Below, one piece after another: positions 49,001-61,349 of a DNA stretch of 64,000 nucleotides. Numbering within the stretch: the stretch's first letter is position 1; the number at the start of each line of letters is the position of its first letter. The DNA lies in assembly GCA_043228905.1 (NCBI GenBank), contig JBHGNT010000006.1, positions 9,982,001 to 10,046,000 of the forward strand, read 5' to 3'. The stretch is from Azolla caroliniana. Its lineage: Eukaryota; Plantae; Polypodiophyta. The notes under the pieces are model-generated. The model worked only from the letters and a program-made list of their open reading frames with translations, made no database searches and was not told the origin of the DNA. Position numbers and translations under genes: made by a program.

Positions 49001-50880
49001 TTCGTGGAGAAAGGGAAGGAGCACTTGGTTTGCCGGTTGAAGAAGAGCCTCTACGGGTTAAAGCAGGCCCCCCGGCAATGGTACCGGAAGTTCGATTCCT
49101 TCATGGCCGATCAAGGGTACCACAAGACGCAGGCCGACCACTGCGTGTTTGTGAAGAAGTTCGAAGGAGGTGACTTCCTGATACTCCTTCTGTATGTGGA
49201 CGACATGTTGATCGCCGGACGTGACCAAGTCAAAATACGGATGCTGAAGAAGGCTCTCAACCGGACCTTCTCAATGAAAGACTTGGGTCCGGCAAGATAG
49301 ATGTTGGGGATGCACATCATTCGGGACCGGTCAAAGAAGCAATTATGGTTGTCATAGGAGAAGTACGTGACAAAGGTGCTTCACCGGTTTAACATATCAG
49401 ATGCGAAACCGGTCGGATCGACACTTCCGGCAAACTGCAGGCTATCCGGTAAGCAAAGCCCGAAGACGAAAGCAGAGAAGGCGGATATGATGAAGATTCC
49501 ATATGCCTCTACCGTCGGGAGCTTGATGTACGCAATGGTGTGTACCCGACCGGATATAGGATACGCAGTCGGAGTGGTGAGCCGGTTCATGAGCAATCCC
49601 GGCAAGGAGCACTAGAACGCGGTCAAATGGATACTCCGGTATTTGAAGGGCACTTCAAATATGTGTCTCCGATTTGGCTCCGGAAAACCTCAACTTGATG
49701 GTTTTACCGATTCGGACATGTCGGCTGATGTGGATACCAGCCGGTCTACATCCGGGTATGTAATGACATATGCAGGGGGAGCTGTTTCGTGGCAGTCGAG
49801 GCTGCAGAAGACGGTTGCATTGTCAACCACGGAGCCGGAGTACATGGCGGCTGTGGAAGTCGGCAGGGAAATCTTATGGATGAAGGACTTCATCGGAGAG
49901 CTCGGTATTGGGCAAGATGAATACCGACTCTATTGCGATAGTCAAAGTGTCATCCACCTTGCTAAGAATACGGCCTACCACTCCCGGACGAAGCATATCC
50001 AGCGAAGGTATCACTGGATCCGGGAAAGAGTAGATGACCAAGAGTTCGCACTGTCGAAGATCCACATGGCCGAGAACGGGTCAGATATGCTGACCAAAGT
50101 GCTGATACCCGACAAGCTGGATGCATGCCGGAAGAGAATCGGACTGGTAAGACACCCCATGCCGGAGTGAAGGGGGAGTTTGTTGGGAGATAGGTCCCTC
50201 CGGATGGGAAGGGAGAAGAACAGTGCCGATGAACAAGCTCGGCCGAGACCGAAACCGTATGAGGAGTACCCGGCTACGGAGAGCCAGATGATACAGACCC
50301 GGTGAAGACCGGATGAGGAGTACCCGGCTACGGAGAGCCGGATGATACAGACCCGGTGAAGACCGGATGAGGAGTACTCGGCTACGGAGAACCGGATGGT
50401 GCAGACCCGGTGAAGACCGGATGAAGAGACATATTCGTAAATATGTTTCTGAGAGTCCATCGAGGCTATATTTGTAAATAGCCGAAAAGTCATATTAGTA
50501 TAAATATGACTTAGGGCAAACTTTTGTAGGGTTGTCATTTTCTGTTTTGCACGAGATTAGAGCGCGCAACAGTGTACAGAGAGAGAGAGAGAGAGAGAAA
50601 GAGGTCGCTACCTCTGTTGTAACCGCCGTCTGTGGCGAAGATCGTGAGCACGAGGTCGTTGCCTCCGTGAACTCACTATTTGTACATTCCAACATAGTGA
50701 TAGTTTGCAGCCTGTGGGCTGCCATGGTTTTTCCCTTAGTTTGGGTTTTCCACGTAAACATCTTGTGTACCTTTTTTTTTCTCTCCTTTGTGTCGTGCAT
50801 TTAGTTCCCGTTTTTCTGTGTATGATTCTAAGCTCGGTTGTGGCCGAGCGTTGAGCATAAGGAACGACCAGTTCCCGTCA
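46038..50880 (+). mobile_element. Nested Ty1/Copia; polyprotein 46124-50170 in one frame with four TAG stops; 3' LTR 50181-50880; 5' LTR only 57 bp
   Basis: TSD AAACA at 46033-46037 and 50881-50885. PBS TGGTATCAGA at 46097. PPT AAGGGGGAGTT. All Copia domains present. Confidence 0.96.
50259..50425 (+). repeat. 54-bp tandem repeat (3 copies) in LTR U3
   Basis: ATGAGGAGTAC at 50259, 50313 and 50367. Confidence 0.9.
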
Positions 50881-52357
50881 AAACAGAAGATGCCAGAATA
50901 TGAAATGCTTGATGATGGATCTAGAAACATGGAAGATGTAGATTCAGATACATCATTGGATGATGAGCTTGGTATACAATCCTTGAAAATCCCTGGTATG
51001 GAAAAAACAATGAAAGATGCAAATCAAAAACTGAGAAGATCAGATAGAGAGAAAAACATTGTCAAAAGATTTGGTTATGACACATATATGGCTATGCATT
51101 ATGCATACATGTCTAAAGTGGTACAAATCCCTAATCCAAATAGTTTTGATGAAGCAAAATCTGATAAGAAATGGGTGAATGCAATGCAAGAAGAAATAGA
51201 TGCATTGGCTAAAAACAGAACATGGGATTTGGTGAAGTTACCGAAAGAAAAAAATGTTGTAGGTTGCAAATGGGTCTACAAAACAAAGCATGATTCAAAT
51301 GGAAATGTTAGTAGACATAAAGCAAGACTTGTTGCAAAGGGATATGCCCAAATGCAAGGAATTGATTATGATGAAACATTTGCACCGGTTGTAAAGATGG
51401 CAACATTGAGGACACTACTTGCTGCAAGTGTAGCCCAAAGATGGGGTTTGCACCATATGGATGTAAAAAATGCTTTTTTACATGGTAACTTGGAAGAAGA
51501 AGTGTATATGTGTCAACCACCAGGTTTTGAAGATAAGAAGCATCCAGAATATGTATGTAGGCTGAAAAAGGCACTCTATGGACTGAAACAAGCACCGAGA
51601 GCATGGCATAAAGAACTTTCAGAATCTCTGAAAAAAATTGCCTTCAAAATGTCAAAAGTTGATCCATCACTATATGTAAAGAAGATAAATGATTGCATTG
51701 TTGTTATCCTGATTTATGTTGATGATTTAATCATCGGAGGTGATTCTATGGATGAAATAAGGAAGCTGGAAAAAAATCTCGAAATGCAATTTCATATGAA
51801 AGACTTGGGAGAGTTGAGATACTTTCTCGGTATTGAGATGATCAGATCTGAAAGTGGTATATATATGTTGCAAAAACAGTATGCAACAACTATGTTGATG
51901 AAGTATGGTATGCTTGGATGCAAACCTATTGGTGTACCACTAGATAAGAACTGCAAATTGAGGGCTGATTTGGGAGCCAAAATAGAAGATGTAAACATGT
52001 ACAGGTCTATGGTGGACAACCTCATATATTTGACTATAACAAGACTTGACTTGAGTTATGTTGTTGGATTAGTCAGCTAGTTTATGCAATAGCCAACAAA
52101 GCCACATTTGGACTGCATTAGAAGAATCTTGAGGTATGTAAAAGCTACTCAGAACTATGGACTGTTTTACAGGCCTGATCTGGACATAAAGCTAGAAGGA
52201 TATACAAATGTTGATTGGGCTGGAAGCCAAACTGACAGAAGATCCACATGTGGATATATTTTTACATTGGGAAGTGCAATTATTTCATGGAGTAGCAAGA
52301 AACAAGCTACGGTTGCATTATCAAGTATTGAAGCTGAATATAGAGGAGCTGCAAACA

Positions 52358-52685
52358 AGAATACTAGATTGATGTGTCAGTGATTGGTGTTGAATCCCTT
52401 GAAAGGGACCAAGAAGGTTGCAAGTATTTATACTCTATGTTGAAGTACATGCATTAGAATATTTTGAAAAATATTCTAGAACCTTCTAGAACCTTGGAAC
52501 TTTCTAGAACTTTGTAGATGTCTAGAGAGTATACCTAGATCATGTACATCTTATACAATGATATGTAGATCAAATATATCTTTTACAATGCTCATATGAA
52601 GATGGTTGAGCATGGTGTATTGTTCATGTGAGGTTGTAAGTTCAATCCTCACCAACTATATATTTTATGTCATTGTATTGTGACA
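52358..52685 (-). repeat. Partial LTR related to 41803-42258
   Basis: GAATACTAGATTGAT...AGTATTTATACT...TACATGCATTAGAATATTTT is shared. Minus-strand start TGTCACA at 52685. Confidence 0.75.
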
Positions 52686-53267
52686 AGAAGAGCCGGTCGA
52701 GAAGGTCGAGATGCATGGAATCGGGCGGGTCGTGGAAAGCGGGATTGGACGGTTCGAGCAAGGGGAGCAAGGTGGGAAGATGATAGGAGCCTGAGAAAAG
52801 GACCAGCAGACATTGACACCACGATCCGACCTCAAGTTGAGCTTGAGGGGGAGTGTTGACCGGACACACTCAACCAGATCCGAATTGAAGTTCAGAACGG
52901 AGAATCGGATCGATATCTGGAACCAAGAGCCGGATCATATTGTAACCAGTGGGTTGTTAGAGGCCTACAGTCCTAGCCTAGTACATAGGCATATTTCTTG
53001 GAGTTAGTGTCAATCGCTCTTATGAGCATTGAAGTACATGTCAGTACTTCTGTCAATCCTTTTAAGGACTTGTATAAAAGTGCCCTCTGAGCACATTGTA
53101 TGTACAAAGTGATATTTTGAAATTGAGTTTATGGTGTTCTGCTCTCTCGGTCTCTCCCATGTACTCTTTGTGTGATTGGAAGCTTCCATTAAACCTGTGT
53201 ATATTTTCTGTTAACATTCGGTGAAGTCGGTCAGGTCTTAAAGCTTCCGCACGTAATTCTTTTCACA
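52686..53267 (+). mobile_element. Copia-type 3' end with 3' LTR 52854-53267
   Basis: GAGCTTGAGGGGGAG PPT, then TGTTG...TTTCACA; TATAAAA at ~53074. Confidence 0.75.
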
Positions 53268-53290
53268 TCCAAAGGCAAATCAAAGAGACA

Positions 53291-55249
53291 ATGAACTTCA
53301 TAGACGAACCACACAATACATATCATAGAGAAGGTGTGTTGAGTCGTTGATGCTCACATTGTTGTTGTACTTGGTCAAACAATATATCCAAGGATACTGC
53401 TACAAAACATTTATTAGAAAAACATCTTATTACTAATGTATCTCGACCACATGAATCAAATATTATGAATCCAACGTTTTTGATCCAATATCTTTTCTTC
53501 CTTTCTTTTTTTCCAAAAAAGATCCAGTATCTTTTAGATACTTTTAAGCTATTAATATTGTGTTGTGCATGCATTCCTTTGTGCCACCCTTTTAGCACAC
53601 CCTTTTTAGCTAAGCCAACCCAAATGGGTACCTTTGTATCAACTACAAATTGGTAAGATGTAAGAAGTTAACTAGGGTGGTTTTGATCTCTTATGTGCAT
53701 TTCACATATTGGTTGAGATGACGGGCACTAGTCCCCCACGTCCAAGTATCCACCTCTTCCCCCTCACCTTAGGTTGCCCACTAACTTCTTGTCCCACGAG
53801 TTTCTCTGATCCCCTTCCTACACGATAGCCCTCCTGTCCCCCACCTCAGCCAAGTCCATGTGGCCCTCAGTCCATAGAAGCGATTGATCTTTATCCACCT
53901 ATAGCCCTCTTGTCCCCCACCTCAGCCAAGTCTAGGTGGCCCTCAGTTCACGGGAGCAATTGATCTCTATCTACATATAGCCCTCCTATCCCCCACCTCA
54001 GCCAAGTCCAGGTGGCCCTCAGTCCACAGAAACAATTGATCTTTATCCGCCGATTGCTATCTCGTACACAATAGCCCTCCTGTCCCCCACCTCAGCCAAG
54101 TCTAGGTGACCCTTAGTCCACATGAGCGATTGATCTCTATCCTCCTATAGCCCTATTGTCCCCCACCTCTGCCAAGTCCAGGTGGCCCTCAGTCCACAGG
54201 AGGGATGGATCTCTATCCGCCAATTGCTAGCTAGTTTTTCGTCACTAGCCCTGTCCAACTATCATCTGATCAAGGCTGCGAGTTCCACGAGGATGTCCTC
54301 CACATCATTCGAACTCAACTAGATGTCCAACAAGTGTTTATGTCCTCATACCATCGTCAGACCAATGGTGTCACCGAATGCCTCAAGAAGACCCTCAAGC
54401 AAGAGGTTGCCGCACGAATTAGCCCTTTTCGAGCACTTTATGGGCATGATCCTCACCTCCCACTAGAATTGTCCATTGATGTCCATTCAAAACCTGCCAC
54501 CATGGATAATGGCACTTGGGAGCCCTATCTCCAACAGATGCTCCTACTCCTTCGACAAGCCAATGCTCCTATTCCTGCTCCTCAGTCTCTTGTTTCTCTC
54601 AGGGGGGAAATGTGGTGTGCATGTGTTCCTTTGTGCCACCCTTTTAGCACACCCTTTTTAGCTAACCCAACCCAAATGGGCACCTTTGTATCAACTACAA
54701 ATTGAGTAAGACATAAGAAGCTAACTAGGCTGGTTTTGATCTCTTATGTGCATTTCGCAATATCTCGTACATTGGAGAAGAAAACTCATAGCTCTATAAC
54801 AAAATATATAATCACAAAAATATTACCTCTTGTGCATGTTAAGTCCTTAGGTTTTAAGCAATTCATGCATGATGTCTTACCAAGTTATGGGCTTACGTAA
54901 ACCCGTACATTAAAACGATCAATATGGCAAGTGTAAGTTATCATTTGTTAATTCGTTATGTTTGATTGGTGGTCAAATAGTAGTTTGAAAGGATTTTATC
55001 CAATGACATTACATTGGATATGTAGAGAATATGCTAAGACATTGTCTATGCTCATTGGTTTTTTTCATGTATTTCATGGTGATGGTGTAGGTAAGCGTGG
55101 TGATCAAGCTTTATTTATGCGTATGAAATCCTTTAGTATTTCTTCGCATATTTTATCCATAACATCAGATGGTGCTAGTGATGCTATTATGGCCTCAAAT
55201 GAGTTGGGTAGATTAATACATGATATGCATGCAAAGGTCTTTAGTCGTT
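53291..55249 (+). pseudogene. hAT-superfamily transposase remnant, interrupted by a micro-insertion and a TRIM
   Basis: BED-like CSHC...TATKHLLEKH. Dimerisation-like ILPLVHVKSLGFKQFMHDVLPSY. Catalytic-like FDWWS...MTLHWI and ITSDGASD. One frame is restored when both insertions are removed. Confidence 0.8.
53559..54759 (+). mobile_element. TRIM-like miniature LTR element (terminal repeats 53559-53706 and 54611-54759)
   Basis: ~148-bp TG...CA direct repeats. PBS-like TGGTTGAGATGACGGG and PPT AGGGGGGAAA. 4-bp TSD ATAT. Five 76-bp internal repeats. Integrase remnant SYHRQTNG...SPFRALYG. Confidence 0.88.
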
Positions 55250-55957
55250 TGCACGGATATCCACGCCTTGCGGGTTGGCTCGGGCAGGACCTCAAGGGTC
55301 TCGAACCAAAGAGGTGAGGACAAGCAACTACTAAGCTTGCAATGGCCTATCCGGCCTGGTTACCAGAGGTTGGATACTAAGCACACGGGCTTAGAGAATT
55401 GTATTCGATCCAACAATCCTACCAGATTCTGGATGTCGGGCACACAGGCTCACATGATCGACCAAGAAAGTGTAGAACAGATAATGGAAGGATGATACCT
55501 TCCCGCACCGCAAACAAGTTAGGAATAAGGACATGACTTAGAGAAAGGGCACCTGAATATGACAGAGCCAAAGTTAATCGATTATAACAGAGAAGAATAC
55601 AAGAATGGCCTCGGGCCGAAAATAGAGGTTCGGGCTCGGTGTACACGCACACAACCCACAGACATGTGAGCCTCTGATTGAGAGCACAAGGGCTTCCTAC
55701 GAGAGCAAAGGCCTCACACCACTGATCCAAAAGAGAAGAACAGAAACTCTATGTGCTCAAGATCACAATCCGGTAGCATCTACCCCCTCCCAAAGACTGG
55801 ATCCCTTTTACAGTTTCAATCATCTCCTTTTATAACACAAGGAGAGGTCGTTACATCCGTAGTAATGACAACCGCTTTTGTCAGAGATTCCCTCACGGTT
55901 TTCTGCCACTACAAATTTACAATCTTTACTTTGAGTCCTTTTAAGCTCTTTAGTGTC
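55250..55957 (-). repeat. Possible LTR-like insertion truncating the hAT ORF, itself interrupted by the Copia at 55958
   Basis: Abrupt composition change starting with TG at 55250; minus-strand TATAAAA near 55827-55833. Ends and TSD not established. Confidence 0.3.
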
Positions 55958-58900
55958 TGTAAAGAATTGATGGTGATTCTTGTGTAGTGGAATAGATATG
56001 TGTGTTATGTGTGTGTGAGAGAGAAACATAGAGGAGAGAAGAGAACACAAGATAGATAAGCAAGAGAAATAAAAAATACTCAAGAAGAAGGTGTATATTT
56101 CACAAGTAGAATTGAGATACAAAACTGTAGCATTACAAGGAGTCACAACCGACTTAGTATGAAGTAGGAGGAGGGTGCTTTATATAAGGTCACCCTCTCT
56201 CTTCATTAACTCATTACAACTTCCACTCTCTCCCCAGAACCTTGAGGAATGTGAAGACTCATAGTCATGGGGAATATGGAACTCATTAGTTATGTGTCAT
56301 AGAATATGATTCTATGATGCATAGTTTAATGTGTAGAGAGTGGTATGACTCTTGACCTTTGAGTGCACAATGATTCTCAAAGGTGTGTTCACACGTTGCA
56401 CTATGTTGAGCTTGATTCTCAACACGCCCCCTCAAGCTCAACTCAGATCGGTTCCTTTCAGTTGATGTCCGCTTCGGCTTGTATCCGGTTCGGACGGTAT
56501 CTGATTCTCGCTTGTACTCCCCCTCAAGCTTGGCAAGTCAGGGATCGTCATTCCAAGATTTGACATGAATTGCCGAAGCTTGTCGGCTCCTAGGGCTTTC
56601 GTGAAGATGTCGGTTGTTTGAAGATTCATGTTGATGTGTAGAAGGTCGACATCTCCGGCCTGAACACGCTCTCGAATGAAATGATAGTGCACTTCAATAT
56701 GCTTTCTGCAAGCGTGGAACACCGGGCTCCGAGCCAAATATAAACTGCTCATGTTGTCGCAGTAAATGGGAGTCGGATCCTTGATGGGAACGCCCAGATC
56801 CTTCAAAATCCTCTTGAGCCCTACGGCTTCACATGCAGCTACGGTTGCGCCCATGTATTCGGCCTCCATACTCAAAAGTGCGATAGTAGGCTGCTTCTTA
56901 TTACTCCAAGATATTGCTCCGCTACCGAGCGAGAAGAAAAATCCGGAGGTCGATCGTCGGTCAACTTTGTAGTCGGCCCAATCCGCGTATGTGTACCCTT
57001 CGAGTCATATTGGTGTGGCCGATGCATAGAGAATGCCATAATCCATTGTGTCGCTCACGTATCGTAATACTCGCTTAACACAATCGAAATGGATATCTCG
57101 TGGAGTTTCCATGAATTGACTAAGGAGTCCGACTGGATAGCTAAGGTCGGGTCGAGTGATCGTGAGATAGAGGAGGCTCCCGATCAGTTGACGATATTGG
57201 GTCGACTCGCACTCGTCTATGCCAGAGTCAGCATCTAGTTTGAGGTTTCGATCAAGAGGCGTAGCGACCGATTTGCACTCAGTCATCCTGAACTTGTATA
57301 ACAAGTTGAGCATGTAGTGTCATTGAAAGATCATAATGTCGGTCGGAATCCGAATTACTTCGATACCAAGGAAGTAATGGAGCTCCTTCATGTCCGTCAT
57401 CTCAAATTTTCCGGAGAGGAGGGACTTGACCTTGTTGATGTTGACTAGACTTTCACCTCCAATGACCTGATCATCGACGTACATGATGATGACAATTAAG
57501 CTTCTAGAGGCATGTTGTACATAGAGGAAGTTGTCGGATTTCGACACTCGAAAGAAGATTTGATGAAGATATTGCGTAATCTTCGAATGCCATGCACGTG
57601 GTGCTTGCTTGAGGCCGTAGAGTGGCTTCTTGAGTCGGCACACGACTTTCAGATGAGTACGCGATTTGAAGCCAGGTGGTTGTACCATGTACACCTCCTG
57701 TTCTAATTCGCCTTGAAGAAAGGTGTTCTTGACGTCCATTTGGTGGAGGTGCCACCCTTTTACCGCTACAAGTGCGATCACGGTCCGCACCGTCGTCATC
57801 TTTGCCACAGGGGCAAAGGTCTCTTCATAGTCTACTCCATGTGTTTGTGTGTATCCTTTCGCTACGAGTCGAGCTTTGTAGCGGTTGACGGAGCCATCGA
57901 CATTATACTTCACCTTGTAGATCCATCTGCAGCCAATTGCCTTCTTGTGCAGTGAGTGGGGAACGAGATCCCATGTCTCATTCTTGCATAGTGCACGCAT
58001 CTCCTCATTCATTGCTTCGATCCATTGCGGGTCCTTCGCGGCTTCGGAAAAGGTTTCTGGCTCCCGTACTATTGCCACTTTCATCATAAATGCGTAATGG
58101 TATGCCATGTACTCATCATAGCCGAATCGGCTTACGGGGTTCTTTTCACGAGTGGATCGATAGAGCTTCTCGTTTGCGGATTCTAAGGCTTTCTTCACTC
58201 CATTTTTCCATATGTCAAGGCCTTCGAACTCACTATCGAGGGAGTGAGTCGATTCGATGCCGTCGAAATGATTGTCTTCATACTCTGGCATTTTCGCCTT
58301 CCCTTTGTCCAGCTTCGAACTCGGCCGAGATGTGCTTTGATCGCTCGAGGGCTCTTGTGGCACACTAAGCCTTGTTGTAATTGAGCTTTCTTTGAACATG
58401 TGCGTGAGCTGATCTTCGGCTTCTAACTCTATTTCGGCGGAATCCGGGTCGAGCGGAATCAAAGTCGAAGTTGTCCAAGATGCGGACTTGTCGAAGATGA
58501 CATCTCTACTTACTCGAGATTTTTGAGTTGAGGGGTTATAGCACTTGTACCCCTTTTGCTCCAGTGAGTATCCTATGAGGATACATTTCTCCGACTTCGG
58601 ATCGAGCTTTTGTTGCTTCTTGTCGGGGATGTGCACGTACACAATGGAGCCGAATATCCAAACATGCGATAGGTTCGGCTTCTTTCCGAAAAACTTCTTG
58701 TACGGAGTAAGTTCGTGCACACCCGATGTCGTACACTGAGTCATGAGGTATACGGCCGTGTTAGCTGCTTCTGCCCAGTACAACTTCGGCACGTGCTTTT
58801 CATTCATCATGGCCTGTGCTACTTCGAGGATGTGCCGATTCTTTCGTTCGACCACTCCATTTTGTTGTGGCATATGTCGACACGAAAATTCTCGTCAAAT

Positions 58901-61349
58901 CCCTTCTTTTCGAAGATACATCGTAAACTCATCCGAGAAATATTCTTTGCCTCCATCCGATCGAAGGCACCGTACGTGTCGACTCGTAGCTTTTTCAATT
59001 CCACTCTTGAATATTTGAAAGTGTTTGAACATTTTGCTCTTTTGCCGCATCGAGTAGATCCAAGTGTGCCTAGAGAAGTCGTCAATAAAGGTCACGTAGT
59101 ATCGGCATCCGTTGAATGTCGCCGTTTGAGCCAGTCCCCATACATTGGAATGAATTATGTTGAGTACGCCTTTGCTCACATTCCTCTCCTTCAGAAATGG
59201 ATGCCGATGTTGCTTACCGAATTGGCAAGCCGCACATACGCCTTCAATCTCTCTCTTTGAAGGTCGGGAGTCCGATGACGACTCCTTTCAATTGCATCGC
59301 CTTTAGCTTTTGGAGGTTGATATGGTCAATCCACTTGTGCCATAACTCTATGTCGGACTCGACTTTCGTGCATTTTGCGAACATGGCCGATTTCATCTCC
59401 TGCGAGTTGAGAATGAACATTCGGCCCTCTCTTCGTCCGCGTGTGATGAGTCAACCCTCTTTTTCGATGAAGCAACAGCCTTGATTAAATCGAACTTGCA
59501 TTCCTTGCTCTACAATTTGGCCAACGGAGACCAAATTCTTCGTGATAGTTGGTACATGCAAGTCATTTTTAATGTAAGTTTGTTTACCTTCTTGTCCGAA
59601 CGGAACATTGTCGATGTGCCAAATTGGATGCGTAATGTCGTCTCCGGTTTCGACATAGCCGAGTCGTTCTGGCTCTCAAAGTTCTCAGAACCATTCTTGA
59701 TGAGACATCATATGGTTCGAGGCACCGGAGTTGACAAACCATACGTCTTCCGGACTCAAGGCACTAATTGAAGTAGAAGCAGACATAGAATTTGCTCTAT
59801 CTCTCATCACGAACATTCCGCCACAATTGTCATAGTTGGAGTTGGTGGCGTAGTTGGTGAGTTGTCGGCTAGTGGAAGCCGACTCGCGTATCTTCTTACG
59901 GAATTCTTCTTCGTGGCGACAAATTTTTCCGCAAGATCCGCATTCGACCGAGTTTTGTCGACTCGGACCAGAATGGAAGCTCCCCCTTCTTCCGAAGGTT
60001 CCTCGATGGCTTCCATCTTGATGCCGAAATTGCGAGTTGTTTTCGTAAGTTGGGCCTCGTCCTTGGCCGAATCGGCCTCTTCTTGCACGGCCGCATCCTC
60101 TTCCTCCGTTTGAATGCATGTAGAGCATGTGGCCTTCTGAGCCATTGCTCCTTGTTCGAACATGATTTTCTTCGACCAACAACATGGATTGAAGATCGAA
60201 GAAGGAGGGCGGATTCTCTCGTGCTAGTACGGCGGTCCACATCGCACCAAACCGTGGTGCAAGGCCACCGAGGCATATTTGCACCATTTCGTCATCCTCC
60301 ACATTGATGTTTATCGAGTTGAGTGCATCACAAAGCTCCTTGATCTTCAAGGTGTAGCTTGTGATGGACATATCCCGTTGTTGGATGTTGTTCAACTCTT
60401 GGTGGAGTTGAAGCTTTCTACGGTTGTGTTAGTGGCGAAAATCTTTCGTAGATTCTCCCACGCTTCCTTTGGCGTTTCGGCTTCTCGAATGTAGCTGAGC
60501 ATGTGGTCGTGAACACAAGTCGCCAAGCAATACATCACTCGGCTTGCCGCTTGCTCGCAAGTTGCATAGTCGGCGTCTTTCGGGTCGAGTTGGTTTTCTT
60601 GTGCTCCCTTGATGTAACCCCAATAGCCTTGGCCGACAAGATATTGGTGCATCTTGTACTCCCAAGATGCGAAGTTGTTTCGATCCAACTTCTCGCTAGG
60701 GAGAGCGCTCCCCATTTGAGTATTCATTGTCGATTAAGCTTCCTTTCTTCTTTTCCTTCTCTCTCGAACATGAGCTATGTAATGGTACTACAATAGCGAT
60801 GAGCCGGTTCTTCTCGAACGTCGACGTAGAACACAACACACACGGATGGGCTAGATCGAGCTACCAAACCGCTCTGATACCATGTAAAGAATCGATGGTG
60901 ATTCTTGTGCAACGGAATAGATATGTGTGTTATGTGTGTGTGAGAGAGAAAAATAGAGGAGAGAAGAGAACACAAGATAGATAAGCAAGAGAAATAAAAA
61001 ATACTCAAGAAGAAGGTGTATATTTCACAAGTAGAATTGAGATACAAAACTGTAGCATTACAAGGAGTCACAACCGACTTAGTATGAAGTAGGAGGAGGG
61101 TGCTTTATATAAGGTCACCCTCTCTCTTCATTAACTCATTACAACTTCCACTCTCTCCCCAGAACCTTGAGGAATGTGAAGACTCATAGTCATGGGGAAT
61201 ATGGAACTCATTAGTTATGTGTCATAGAATATGATTCTATGATGCATAGTTTAATGTGTAGAGAGTGGTATGACTCTTGACCTTTGAGTGCACAATGATT
61301 CTCAAAGGTGTGTTCTCACGTTGCACTATGTTGAGCTTGATTCTTAACA
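55958..61349 (-). mobile_element. Full-length Ty1/Copia, degenerate coding; LTRs 55958-56424 and 60883-61349 (467 bp each)
   Basis: TSD GTGTC/ATGTC (one mismatch). PBS TGGTATCAGAGC at 60882-60871. PPT GAGGGGGCG. Gag, INT (RSDGG, QQNG), RT (YVDD) and RNase H motifs. Confidence 0.96.

Larger units (their letters stand above)
43011..52357 (+). mobile_element. AT-rich Ty1/Copia element, 3'-truncated in RNase H; 5' LTR 43011-43406; interrupted by the nested Copia 46038-50880
   Basis: TG...CA LTR followed by PBS TGGTATCAGAGC at 43407. Gag CWYCGKPSH..C, INT HTDVWGP/RSDGG/QQNGVAER, RT IYVDD. Removing the nested element and one TSD restores KGKQKMPEY. Confidence 0.92.
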
